DNA from: Lytechinus pictus
Taxonomy: Eukaryota
Assembly (NCBI RefSeq): GCF_037042905.1
Contig: NC_087251.1
Span: 25,856,001 to 25,920,000, forward strand
DNA length: 64,000 nucleotides
Direction of reading: 5' to 3'
Position 1 is the stretch's first letter. Every line of letters starts with the position of its first letter. Below the pieces are notes generated by a model. That model was not told the DNA's origin. It did not search any database and saw nothing but the letters and a program-made list of their open reading frames with translations. Of the stretch, positions 1-13,100 are shown piece after piece. The position numbers and the translations under genes are program-made.

Positions 1-500
1 TTAAGCCACCCCCTCCCCCTCTTCCATGGACACTATGCCACCGGAGAACCAAACTTATTTCCATTTGAGCTGTGAACTGCTGATTATGTGGAGTGCTAAT
101 CCATTTAACAAGTCATGACCGCCGCCGATTCGAGCGCACGTGAAAGTTCGGCTGGTTGATATTTTTCATGCAGAAATATGATTATCATATTGCCAGGGTG
201 CATGTATAATCGAACACGCACGCGCAATAGTTCGGCGGGACACCGAGTTTCCGAGCTGAGGTTACGGTCGGTATAATTTCATGTGTATCCACTGTATCAG
301 TTACAAACGATTCGGGATAGCTTGCGAATGGGAAGCCAAAACTGCTCGCTCTTCCGCCTCGGATTTTATACCCTTTTCTAATTTCTCGTCATATTTTTAC
401 AATTCAGACTCTCGTGTGGAGGGACAACCAAGGCGGCAGACAAAAGCTAGAATACTGGAATCATTTTTGGTGTGCGCTGCCGAGCTATCAAGATTGAGAA
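1..500 (+). promoter_or_regulatory. Probable promoter / 5' UTR region
   Basis: CpG-rich stretch directly upstream of the first coding exon. TSS not determinable. Confidence 0.35.
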
Positions 501-757
501 ATACCATCGGCAGTGAGTGATGGGAGAAAGTTTCAGTAAAAGTTGACATGCTCTTCAATCTTTGTTTGGAGTCCAATCTTGTGAAGCGGAGTCGGGCTAC
601 GAGGGGGAGGTGGTATTGGTAGCCTGTGCTGGTCGTGGTAGTGCTAGAGCCTAGATAGGCCCTAAAGTTTCTTCCAAATAACTTGGATAATTTGGACTCC
701 TTCAAGGAGAGGATAATAAAAACAATGTATGTGTTTGAGACTGAAATCGAATCGAAA

Positions 758-1130
758 ATGACTTCCTTATGTTGTTTTTCGCGTTGGAGCGGCAGAAGAA
801 CACAATCACAATTTCCATCACCTCTTCAATCAAAATCCACACACTCGTGTCATTACAGATTGCACATTTTTGTGGTGTTATATATTCTCATGAATGTACT
901 CGTTGGTTTCGGGCAACAAGCATGGGCCAGTGACACTTGTCCGACGGAGTACCATAATTGTGACTGGGAATGCCCAAGCTTGCCCGATAGATGTCCGGGC
1001 GAGAGGAACTTAGCAGACCCATGTGGATGTTGTACAGTATGTATGAGGCAAGCCGGTGAAATGTGCAGTATTCCAAAAAGACCGTGTGATGCTGGTTTTG
1101 AATTAAATTGTGTCAATGGAAGGTGCAAAG
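758..1130 (+). CDS. Exon 1: extended signal peptide + IGFBP N-terminal domain
   Basis: Hydrophobic LHIFVVLYILMNVLVGFG, then a likely AWA|SD cleavage site. 12-Cys domain with DPCGCCTVC (IGFBP GCGCCxxC-type motif). Donor AAG|GTATGT at 1131, phase 1. Start codon uncertain (725/758). Confidence 0.88.
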
Positions 1131-4100
1131 GTATGTTCATATTTAATTTTCCAATAATCAATTGGCTTTGTTTTATCACCTTTCAGGCCGACTGGCCGAG
1201 TCTGTCATTGAAAGTATTTGTCACTTTATGCCTTGATTTGTTATGTTTCCAATGCTTCAGTACAGCTTGCATGCCTTTACCAAGTTATGGATAATTATTG
1301 TTGTGTATGTGGTTTGATTCTTTTTCCCTTCAACTCTATAGGCCTATATACTAGTAGTTTCTATCCTCTGTTTTATACAATCATCCAGAGATTCCAGACG
1401 AACTGTGGATCCCGATGAATTTCTGCATCAGATCTATATATACATCAACATAATTGTGATATTTATTATGTAATTGACAGGCCAATTTGACCCATCAGTG
1501 AGAAAGCAAATCGAACTTATAAAACGACTGAATCATGATTATTCTTATGGTTTAGGCCCAAAATGTAAAGTAGTTCTCGAATGGGGCATTGTTATCAAAG
1601 CACATCGTGACCTCCATTCCCCCATTACGTTCCGAATCACCCGTCCCATGTGGAAATGTTTTTATTCCAGACCAGTTGAGCTGAGAAAATGTTCTCATCA
1701 CTATAACGTCTATCGCTTTGTGTATTGATGGTAGTGGGGAGTTCGGGTCCCCGTTGGTGGTGTTGGTGGTGTTGCAAGGTGGCGTTAATGGTGGTGGTAC
1801 TGGTGGGCGAGATGGTGGTACACAAGTAGTGGTATAACTTGTAATGAATAATATGGTGAGGAGGAGGAGAATGTTGACTAGTAATTTTTTTTTTCTTTCA
1901 CTCATAACAGAGGCATTAATAATATTTTCATCAAAATTAATTAATTAATAATATTGATGTCGATTAACATAGCATGTGTAATGTATTTTGAACAAGAGAT
2001 AAGACATGTCTATCTACATGGGTTACAGAAAATGAATCTCTGCGTTTCTTTTGGTAAAACATTCAATTCAGCCCCCAAATCAGCCCAAATTACATTTCAT
2101 AATTACATCCCACGCGTTCACACTGAAAGGGGTGAATTTAAATGAAGGTCAACCATTTATAATATGATTACATCTTGTAATATAAATGTACATGTCAATG
2201 TTATAACCTTTTCTGTTCATAACATGATCCGATTTCGCAAAAGTTTTCCAAAGCCGGCCCACAACTCATTTTTTGGAGGGACTGCAAAAGTCATGATGAA
2301 ATGGCTCTAAATTATTTTATTACACTAGTCGTGGTTGTGCAACTGTGGAATTTTAATCCCATTGCTGTTCACCCGAGCAATAACGTGTAATTGTCAAATA
2401 ACATTTGCACAAGTCGATCGTCGTTTATAAACTTTCCATTTAATATAAATGTTTTTTTTTAGTAAGAAGCAGTCATCGACTTTCTTTGAGCATAAATGAC
2501 AAATCTCAAAGCTTTCTTGGATATGCCTGAGTCACTGAGTGCAATGTAAACGTTTTTTTCCCCGAACATTACGTATGCAATTGATCCTTGTTTTCGTGAG
2601 GTTGTTAGGATCCTCGATATAATGACAAGGAATTCGGACGCAAGGATGAAATGATTATACTTTTTGCTATAGACGGAATGAAAAGCAAAAGGAAGACTTC
2701 AGTCCTATTGAAGTCCACTCATACAGATCAGTGGCTTAAAATACGTTATCCGATTTATCAAACCATTAAGGTTCTCATGTCTTCTTGCGTCTCACTCAAC
2801 ATGCAAAGTTTTACAACCACGATTTTCAGTGAGAAAAACTTCTGCTAAAAGGTGTTTTATTGGGGATTTCTCCAGTACTGGATATTAAAAAATCGCCAGT
2901 GATTTTAGTTAGGCCGAATTATAATCGGTAACTGATATGAATACATCCAGACTTAAATTAACTATGATATTGTTTTTTGTGGTGCATATATATTACTTTT
3001 TAAATCTTATTGTCAACGGCGTAGCCTACATTTTCCAAATTCCACTAGCGTAGCAAACATTGAAGTATAACCATGAAATCCAACATTCTTGTGCAGATAA
3101 TTCGTGTCATGAGCTCGGAATAGTCAAACTCCTAAATATTTTGGCTATTTTTTTTTCAGGCCTAACTTGTAAGATGCGAATGTGTACTTATGTACATCTT
3201 GTTTTCAACATCTGTTTCGGGATCTGTTTCCAGAATCCACTTGTAAAGGGGTCTTTATCGTCTACCTGCAGTTAGTAAATATTTTCCAATTATCAACAGG
3301 TATATAATTTGCCACGAATGTGTTTTCATTATGGGGTCCTCGATTCGACCCCTGTGGGCTAACCACACGATTTGTCTGTCGTTACTGCTATCGTGACCGC
3401 AATCCATTCGAACGCAATGTGTTATCCACATTGAAAATCTGGTGTCGTCTGCATCCTGCTGCGCGCTGGTGGTGGCAGAAATTACGTTACCATGACGACC
3501 AATTTTCATTTTTATTCCAATGTGTTGAAATTCCTTGAATTTGGATCAATATTTAGTGGGAAATGATTACGGTGATTATGTAGTTTGAAAGCTCTAGATA
3601 GGCCTATTTGTTGAACTGGCAACCTTGTATCTCCAATTGGTTGAGAAAGAGAGAAAGGTCGTTTGAAAATGTGCTGTTATAACTATAGATTGGGGATATC
3701 AATTTGAATTGAAGATCAATGGGCAAAATAACAATACAAAAAAAATGATGGAATTTCGACTGCGTACAGCCGAGACAGCCTCCGACATTGTCAGACTAAG
3801 AATATTCACACTTTTCAAACTTTTTCAAACGATTTCATGTCTGTGAACTTTGACCTCGTGTCACTAAAATCGTCATCCTACATGCAGAATTGAGCCAATC
3901 ACTCGAAAGGTTATGTGGTAATAGCAAGAACAAGATATTTTTATTTAACTAATGACACGACATAGGTTTACAGAAAATTAATTGGCGAACATAAGCGAAT
4001 CGGGATAAGCCATTCAGCCATTGGAGGAGCCGTGGTGTAGTGGTTCTGACTCTCGCCTTGTAAACAGAGGGTCGTGTGTTTGAATCCCACCGCGGTTTGG

Positions 4101-7100
4101 CGTCCTTTGGCAAGGCGTTAATCCACACTTTGCCACTCTCGACCCAGGTGCTAAATGGGTACCCGGTAGGATATGAAAGTCATTATAGCTTGTCCAGTAC
4201 TGTGTGCGCCTCACCGGCGACTGACTGGAATACTCCCCAGGAAGTGGAGGATGTGCACACAATGTGTGCGGGAATGACTGATTGAATCCGATGACCGGGG
4301 TGATGATAAATCTGTAAAGCGCTTAGACACGTCGTTCCGATGTATTACGCGCTTTATAAAGCGGATCATTATTATTATTGAATGAAAACAAGTAAAATTA
4401 GAGGTTTTAGAATCTTTTGACTTAAATTCAAGAAATTCAGGGGTAATTAAGTTGACCTCGGATTTCGGGGAAGTTCATGAACATTCTATTAAAGCGTGAT
4501 TCATCTGAGAATAGTAAAAGTTTCCCTGAACTAGATTTCACTAAACCTCTTCTTCTTCGAAGGGGCGTCGTGGTCTATTGGTTAAGACTCTTGTCTTTCA
4601 ATCTGAAAGACGTGGGTTCGATTCCAAGCCGTGACTTGTTTTCCTTCAGCAAGAAATTTACCCACACTGCTGCACTCGACCCAGGTGAGGAAATGGGTAC
4701 CGGCAGGATGTAATTCCTCAAAAAGCTGTGCGCACCGGAATCGTTAGACGAGCTTGGCTATAGGAGTGCCTTGAGCACCGAGCAAGGTGGATACGTGCGC
4801 TATATCCTATATTACTATTTTATTTTACTTATTGCACAAACCAGTATAGTTTTGCAGTACGCTTCGTTAGCGTTCACATCACCTCTCCCGATCTGTTGGT
4901 TTCCAAGACAAGTGCACATAAATGATCTTACCCATTAAGGCCTGTATTCTGCAATTCGATTGACTTCAGGCTGTTGTCTAACTCTGTATTAAAATTGTGG
5001 ATAGCCGAAGACGTTAAAATCATATTAGCATTGTTTGATTCTAATCTGGCTATAAAAAAAATATAAAAAATGGCGAAAAAATTGTAAATCAGTCATAATT
5101 CCCAGACATATCTGAGTAACAAATGAGCTGATAAATCGTATATATTTTTCTGTTAAAGATTTTGTGCCACAACTGGCTATCCCTAGGTAAACCACAACTT
5201 TAGACCGGAGTTTAAATGAAACCCGGGTTCAGAATAAGGGCCCTAAGTTTATGGAAAACTATGTAGGCCTAACTAACTGCCAATGTTGACTGCGATGCCG
5301 GATAGTGTATTTTCAATACACTGAATGTTCCCAAACATCACTGCAGTTATATTGTATCTCTAAATATTATTACAAGGGGGAACTTCCTCGGGTGCCACGC
5401 CCAGTTCTTTGACTCTTCGTTTGGAAACATGAAGGTTCCTTGACAGTTTTCACACGTCGTCGTACAAAGGGTTGGCGAACATGGTCGTTGATTTATCGCC
5501 GACAGTATTTATGTAGCTGTATTGTTCAGAACTGATGTACGACTGATGATGAACGGACTGGGATTTGTCATGATGTTTCAATATCAATACACATCCATGA
5601 ACATTTTGACAGGTATGACGAGTGTCATATCTTACGAAGTAGGTTTTTTTTTAAATAAATTTGGTCTATCTGATGGGTAAACTAGAAGTTCCCGGGGAGA
5701 AAGTAATATGGATGTCCTGGTTCGATCTTTGCACGACATCCAGATGATCCAGTCAACATTATTACACTGTTTTTGAATTTCTTTATTACATCCCTTCATT
5801 CCTCTGAAGTATGGACTAGTGGTGGAAGTGCCGACGCATTTTTCCCTCGTCGTTTTACAAAGGTACCACTGTGTCAATTATTGTCATTGAAACTTTGATT
5901 TTGATTTGATCTTGACTCGCTGAGCTCTATTTCCATGGCAGTTACATTTATCACAATCATGGCTATCACTAAGATATACATTTTATATGTATCACTTATG
6001 CACATTATATTTTGAACCTTGCAATTTTTAATGCAGTTTTGTGGATTTCATCAACACCATGATCGATTTGGATCCCTGAAAGTGTTTAGTCAGTATTGAC
6101 GTATTCGGACAAATGCATTTGAAGTACCAGCCAGGTATCAGTAGATGTGGAAATTCAGGAAGAGCATTGACAAGCTCTGTTGTGGGTGATATGGGCGTAA
6201 AGGTTTCGTATGAAAGTTCCAAAATTGATCAGTTATTGATGAATGAGGGATCCAGAGGGAAGGGAGGGGGGGGGGTGTTGCACCCACAAATGTAATAACG
6301 CCCACAAATGTAATAACACTTTACCCACAAATGTAATAACGCCCACAAATGTAATAACACTTTACCCACAAATGTAATAATTTTTGATCGCCCACAAATG
6401 TAATAATGACTTTACCCACAAATGTAATAAATTTGAAGGGATTTTTGCGAATCCGTTCTAAACTAAAATCCTATAGTAATGCGTTCATATAGCACAAAAG
6501 TACAAAGTTTTTTTTCCAGACCCGATTAATTCAAATATTATAATATAATTTAAAGTCTTTTTTCCAGACCCGGTTATTTCAAAAATTATAATATAAGTCC
6601 AAAGTAATTTTTTTCCAGACACGGTTATTGAAAAAAATATAAAAATAAATCCAAACTAGGATACGATAATGATATTCCAGTGGAATGAAAATGAGAATCG
6701 AGCTAAGTCTTTTCTCCAGACCCACTTAATTAAAACTGATGGAATTAATGTCTTTGTTGTTGTTTGAACTTACACGGTGCGTATTGTGAATATATGCGCT
6801 AAGAGTAAATTGAGAATCAAGCGTAGTCTTTCTCCACACCCGGTTACTTAAAACTAAGAACTAAATCCTTATAGTAATGTGTTCATATAGCACAAAAGTT
6901 AAAAGTCTTTTTTCCAGACCTGGTTAATTAAATATTTATGACATAAGTCTAAATTAAGTCTTTTTTTCCAGACCGGTTGTTTCAAACATTATAATATAAG
7001 TCCAAACTAAGATACCATAATGATATTCCAGTGGAATAAAAATAAAAATCGAGCTTAGTCTTTTCTCCAAACACTGTTATTCGAAAATTATAAATAACAA

Positions 7101-10100
7101 TACAACAACAACAAAAACAGTATAAAGACCCCATAATCTTATTAATGCTGGATACCATGGACATATAGCATAGTCTTTCAGCCAGACCCAGTTACTTTTT
7201 TTTCTTCAAAATAACGCTAACAGTAATAATAAGAGAATTCCAAATCTAAGACCAAACAATCCTTCAACCTAAGAACCTGTTTTAAAAAGAGGTTTAGAGC
7301 ATTGTCTTTATTCCAGACCTAATCATTAAAAAAAATTACCAAAAAAAAATCTTCTAACGTAAGACTATATCAAATTCTTATTCTTCTGGAATAACACGAG
7401 TTTTAAAACGTATTCTTTTCTCCAGACCCGGTTATAAAAAAAATGAATTAAAAAAACTTCAACAGTTCAAATCTAAGACCAATCTTCAAAAGTTACACCC
7501 TTAATGGGTGTAACTGGGTGTAAAAATATGTATTAGCCCCGCACCCAGTTTTTTTTTATAATACTAAGACCCCTACAAAACATTGTAATAATGCATGGGT
7601 AAAGCAAACATCCTTTCTCCAGACTTGGTTATTATTTGAAAAAAAAGATAGTTTTTACAAATATTCTAAAACGAATACCCAATAATCTAATTACTGTGGA
7701 ATAACATGAAGATCGATTGTAGACTTTCCTCCAGACACAGTTATTTCAAGAATAAAAAAGCAACAAAACCCAACCCCAACAACGAATCTAAGAACCAACA
7801 GTCCTCCCAATTAAGACCATGTAGAAAAGCACATGTTTAGAGCGTTGTCTTTATTCCAGACCCAGTCATTTAAAAAATAATTCAAACAGTCTTAAAAACA
7901 CAAGACTTTGTCATATTCTTATTCCTGTGGAATAACACGAGTATTATGCTTAGTCTTTCGTGTAGACCCGGTTTTTTTTAAAATAAAGAAATATTGAAAA
8001 AAAAAACTAAGACCAAATTTCAAAATTAAGCCCAGTTAAAATGCTTGGGTTTAGAGTTTTGTCTGTACCCCACATCCAGTTCTCTGAAAAATACAAATTA
8101 AGCGAAACTTTAAACTTTGAACTTACAGTATAATTTTTTAAACAACCGGGTCTGGAAAAAGACATTGGACTTATAATAATTTTTGAATTAACCGGGTCTG
8201 GAAAAAAGACTTTGCACATTTGTGCTATACGAACACATTACTATAGGGTTTTAGTTTTTAGTTACCGGGTCTGGAGAAAAGACTATGCTTGATTCTCAAT
8301 TTACTCTTACCGCATATATTCACAATATGCGCCGTATAAGTGAAAACAACAACAAAGACACTGATTCCACCAGTTTTAATTAACTGGGTCTGGAAAAAGA
8401 CTAAGCTCGATTCTCATTTTTATTCCACTGGAATATCATTATCATATCTTAGTTTGGACTTATATTATAATTTTTGAAATAACCGGGTCTGGAAGAAAAG
8501 ACTTTGGATTATATTGTACTTTCTTTATTAACCGGGTCTGGAAAAAAAGACTTTGCACTTTTGTGCTATATCATGGACCTATTACGAATCCATGGCTATA
8601 TGAACGTATTACTATAGGATTTCAGTTTAGAACGGATTCGCCAAAAATCCCTTCAAATTTATTACATTTGTGGGTAAAGTCATTATTACATTTGTGGGCG
8701 ATCAAAATTATTACATTTGTGGGTAAAGTGTTATTACATTTGTGGGCGTTATTACATTTGTGGGTAAAGTGTTATTACATTTGTGGGCGTTATTACATTT
8801 GTGGGCGATTATTACATTTGTGGGTGTAACAGGGGGTGGTTACATCATCAGTGAATTCTTCGTAAATCACCCTCTGAACGGTAGCCTAAACGAAGATTGA
8901 AGTATAGAATAACATGGAAATTCGATATACATTTCAGATTTTTAGACTGTAAACAGGAGTTTTTCATCTTGCATTTTTGAGAGACATCTGAACATTTCCT
9001 ACTTTATCTGCTTGTCTCACTTTTCTCGATACCACTGAATTTCATTCCCCTATTTGCAGATCTTTCGCGATTTTGATATCCTACACGCGATATGCGCGTT
9101 ACGCGACTGGTGACGAAAACGATTTTACGCGTAAGACGGATGATGTATGGGCCTCATTGAGACATACCCCCACCTCCCCCCCCCCTTCGAGAATACGGGG
9201 GTTAAATTTATCAGCCTCTCTAGAGCAGTGGACATTATGTATACCATATAGTAATTACGGATTCGGGATGAATATGATGATGGTGATTGCACTATTCTTT
9301 CTCTTGTTGGCTTGGCCTGGGTTGTTTAAGTATAGTCATTAGAACTAGAGTACCAGATGGCATCGTTTAATTCTGACGCCGGCTTATTAAAAGAAAGTTC
9401 GGCTCGCCTTTGGCCAGTACTGCATACTGTGCTGTGTCAACGGACGGGACGCGTAATATTTGACATGAAACACTGTCACTTTTAATATATTAAATACACA
9501 CAGATTTACAGAACCATGGAAATTAGGGAGGGGAGACGGGAGGGAACAAAAGGAGTCGTGGAGTAAATGGACTGGGGTAAAAGAGGGGGTAATGGAATGG
9601 CAAAGGGGTAGGCCTAATTTATATCGGGGGCAGATAAGGGGGTGATAATCCACGTAAAACACCAGGGGCCCGTAACACGGAGCTTAGTAATTATTTTTTT
9701 AACGTTCGATTGCATTGATTACAATGTACAATCAATCGTGAAAATCAAGTGTACAATTAATAGGTAACCTTTGTGTTACGGGACCCTGAAAAGCTTGTAA
9801 GTTAATAGCACTTAACCCTACTGTGTTCTGTTTTAACACTCTTCTCAAGAAATTCTTGAAATTTATAATAACTCTGCGAGTTAGGACATTTTAGAAGTTT
9901 TGTTTGTCCATTGAGCACAATTCGCGTGTTCGTAAATTTGTACCCATGAGTTAACAGTTTACATTGTAAAAAAAAATCTGTATTTATCATATTTATAGCA
10001 TCTATTTTGCTGAATGGCTTGCACGCTTCACATCGGTGATCAAGAGTCCCTTAATGACTATTGAGACCGGAAACATTTCAAAAATAGAAAATAACAACCT

Positions 10101-13100
10101 CAAACAAATTGCATGCTCCTTTCGCAAAATGCAGTTGATCTCTGACCCTTGGGTTATAAATCAAAACGTCGACGCAGTAAAATGCAGATATTTCGTTATT
10201 TCCCTGAAATGCGATGTTCCTTGTCAATGTCACTGCCAGCATACCGAAGTAATGTCCTTTTATGGCAAATCTGAAGTTGGAGGATTGTTATTCCGATATT
10301 GGATTAACGAAACTGAAAGTTGTTGTTGGATGGACAAGATACATTTATTGAAATATTTTCTGTCACGTCTGTTTTTGTGATGATAGACATTGACTTTTCC
10401 AGTTTGCTTAGGATCCAAGCAAAAATAAAAAGTGTTTAAAATTCGGACTCGTACATTTCGATCTCTTATGAAAATGACAGAAACATAATAGAAACATCAT
10501 TCTTTGACGAATTTCGCAAAATCATCAATGTAATTTTTCATAATGATTATTCATAATAGGCCAGTTTCAAATTGCCTATATTCGAATTAAGCGACGTATG
10601 ATAAATTCGATTTTGTTCAAAATTATATTTGTTTAACTTTAAACAATGTCAGCGTGATTTGTTGCATTTCTGCTATGAATGCATTAGCATGTTGTTATGT
10701 ACTTGGCAACTGTGAAATACCAGTCGCTAGACGCGTTGTTTTTGTGGATCTAATGAAAAACCCAATTCAAAAGAATATATTATGAACAATCAAGACATCA
10801 AAGTTGGTGCTTATCTCATTAAGTATTAAACCGCCATGTCACTTTAGTACAAATGATCTTCTTCTGATCATGCGCAGAATGGAACTCCAAATCGGCTTAT
10901 TAAGGTCGAATTGCCATTTGGAGGACGCTTTTCCTTTAAATTCTTAAAGCTTGGAAATTTAAATGGGCATATTATTTTTTAAGAAACACTTCACTATCCC
11001 TAACCATTTCCCAGTTCTCTAGACCATGCTTGAAGTTGAGTCCAGCGTCTCGGTGGTCTGTGAGACAACTGATCATCCCTCGAGGATTTTCTAGGTCAAT
11101 GTCACGGTGGGTTCACGGAGCTTAACACGTAAATCAAATTTGGCCAGAAGATATACGACTTGAGACACATCTTCATCTTGGTTGGAACAAGCTGGGAAGA
11201 GATACACCATGCAGCGTAAGAGGGGTCTTCAAGTCCGAATCTTGGTGGACTTGCTTGCTGCCATGTGTGACGAACTCTATAAACTCGTCACCCAGGTAAA
11301 CCCGGATAGCGCAAGTTTTTTTTTCCGATATGAAACTATAGGACCTTTGTGTTGCCAAGGGAAATTTGATAGTCAATTATTCTAGATGAAAATAGCACAA
11401 GATCACACTAACTGCCTCTTCTGCTTCTTGTCTGTAACTCATAATCTACACTAGTACCTACTATGCTAATAGTTATCAGCGACGAGAACATCGACTACAA
11501 CTTTGACGATGACGACGAGTACAAAATATGAGACATCACTTTTCTTTACCTAAATGGGTTTTATCGGTGTAAGAAGAGAAATGCATACGACTTCGCTTAT
11601 CCACATTAAATTCGTCATTAATATTCTTCCTTCTTCCACTTTTTTTCGGAAGGGGAGGGGGGCACTGGCGTACCTAGGATTTTCCAGAAGGGGGCACATT
11701 TTTTGGAGGAATTTGACAAGTAAAAAAAAAAAGGTCTTCAACCACAAATAAAGGATTTCTTACCAGAAAATAATTTTACAAGCAAAAAAAAAAAGGCTTC
11801 AGGTTCACCAAAAGAGGGGCACACGTCTGTTTTTAGTGCAATTTTACATTACAAATTATTAATTTGGCTTCTCAAACGGAGGGCACGTCCCCTGTATCAG
11901 TTGTGACTCGTCAGGGGGGCAGGGATACGTCCCCTGCATGAGTTGTGACTCGTCAGGTACGCTAGTGGAGGGAGGGGGGTCATTTAAAAAATCATAAGGT
12001 GGTCGGCGTAGGCCCCCCTTCTACCAACTTATACGATTTTTACTGTTTCTACTGATGATGGTGTAACACGAATCTGCATGGTTTCCTGATATCTAGAATA
12101 ATGAATTGTAGGTCTCTTTTGACCAGCTAGACATAATTATCCTCTACAGCCTTACCTATACTGAATACAACGACGACAGCGACGACTACTATTTCTTCTT
12201 CTATTATTATTACTACTGTCTACTACCATGACTACTGCTGCTGCTGATGCTGCTGCTGCTGATACTACTTCTACTACTACCACCACCGCCACGAATGCTA
12301 CTAGTACTACTACTACTACTACTACTTCTACTACTACTTCTACTACTACTATACTACTACTACTACAATTACACTCTAAAAACACTGAGTAAATTTTTTA
12401 CCCAATATTGGATAGAAAGGGAACATGCATGTTTGCTGGGTATTTTTTTGCCCCATATTGGGCTATTTCAACGCAACATATTTACAAAATATTGAGTATC
12501 TTTTTACCCAACCATCATGCATGTTCACATTTTACCCAATATTGGGTAAACCTTTTTTTAGAGTGTATATACTACTACTACTTCTATTACTTAACTACAA
12601 CTTTTTTATATTGCAATTACATCTGTGCAGTTCCACGACGTAGTTGATCACGATGCGAGTCCCAATGTCATTACCCTGTTCTATTCATTCACGCTGTTTT
12701 TGCTTTCCCACGACTCAAGGTTAAACTCCTGATTAATTTCACGTCCATATTTATAATTCACAAACTCCCATCACCACCCAACAACCATCATCATATCTCA
12801 TTGACTTCCTCTCCATACCAGTGACCATGTACCACTCTAAATTGCTTTTAGACAATCGACCTATTCCCACAAAAAATATGTGGAAAATACAGCCCTGGAA
12901 AACAAAACTTAGTGAATATAATGAGAAATCAATGCACAAGTTTATGTCTCCTGTGTCGAGAAATGAGGGAATTCCATTTGAGGTCTGCTTATACAATTGC
13001 CACAACAATATTCACCGGTATCTGTGGCGACGTCTGTATTTGTGTAGGAATCGTTGACACCAACCGGTGGCCAGCGAGAGGTCGGGCCGGTTGAATCGGC

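Noticed and set aside
1131..1294. 3' extension of ORF 683-1294 as coding (would look like a small IGFBP protein with a hydrophobic tail)
   Set aside because: It follows a good donor AAG|GTATGT exactly at the domain end, and the phase matches exon 2. Best read as intron read-through.
4023..4095. Functional tRNA genes at 4023, 4561 and 26558
   Set aside because: The tRNA-like heads continue into a shared SINE body and (ATT)n tail, so they are SINEs rather than tRNA genes.
8563..8829. ORF with repeated LLHLW motif
   Set aside because: It is the translation of the foldback element's terminal tandem repeats.
11209..11295. ATG-initiated mini-exon ending in CAG|GTAAAC as an alternative first exon
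   Set aside because: Its phase 0 does not match the phase-1 acceptor of exon 2, and it has no signal peptide.
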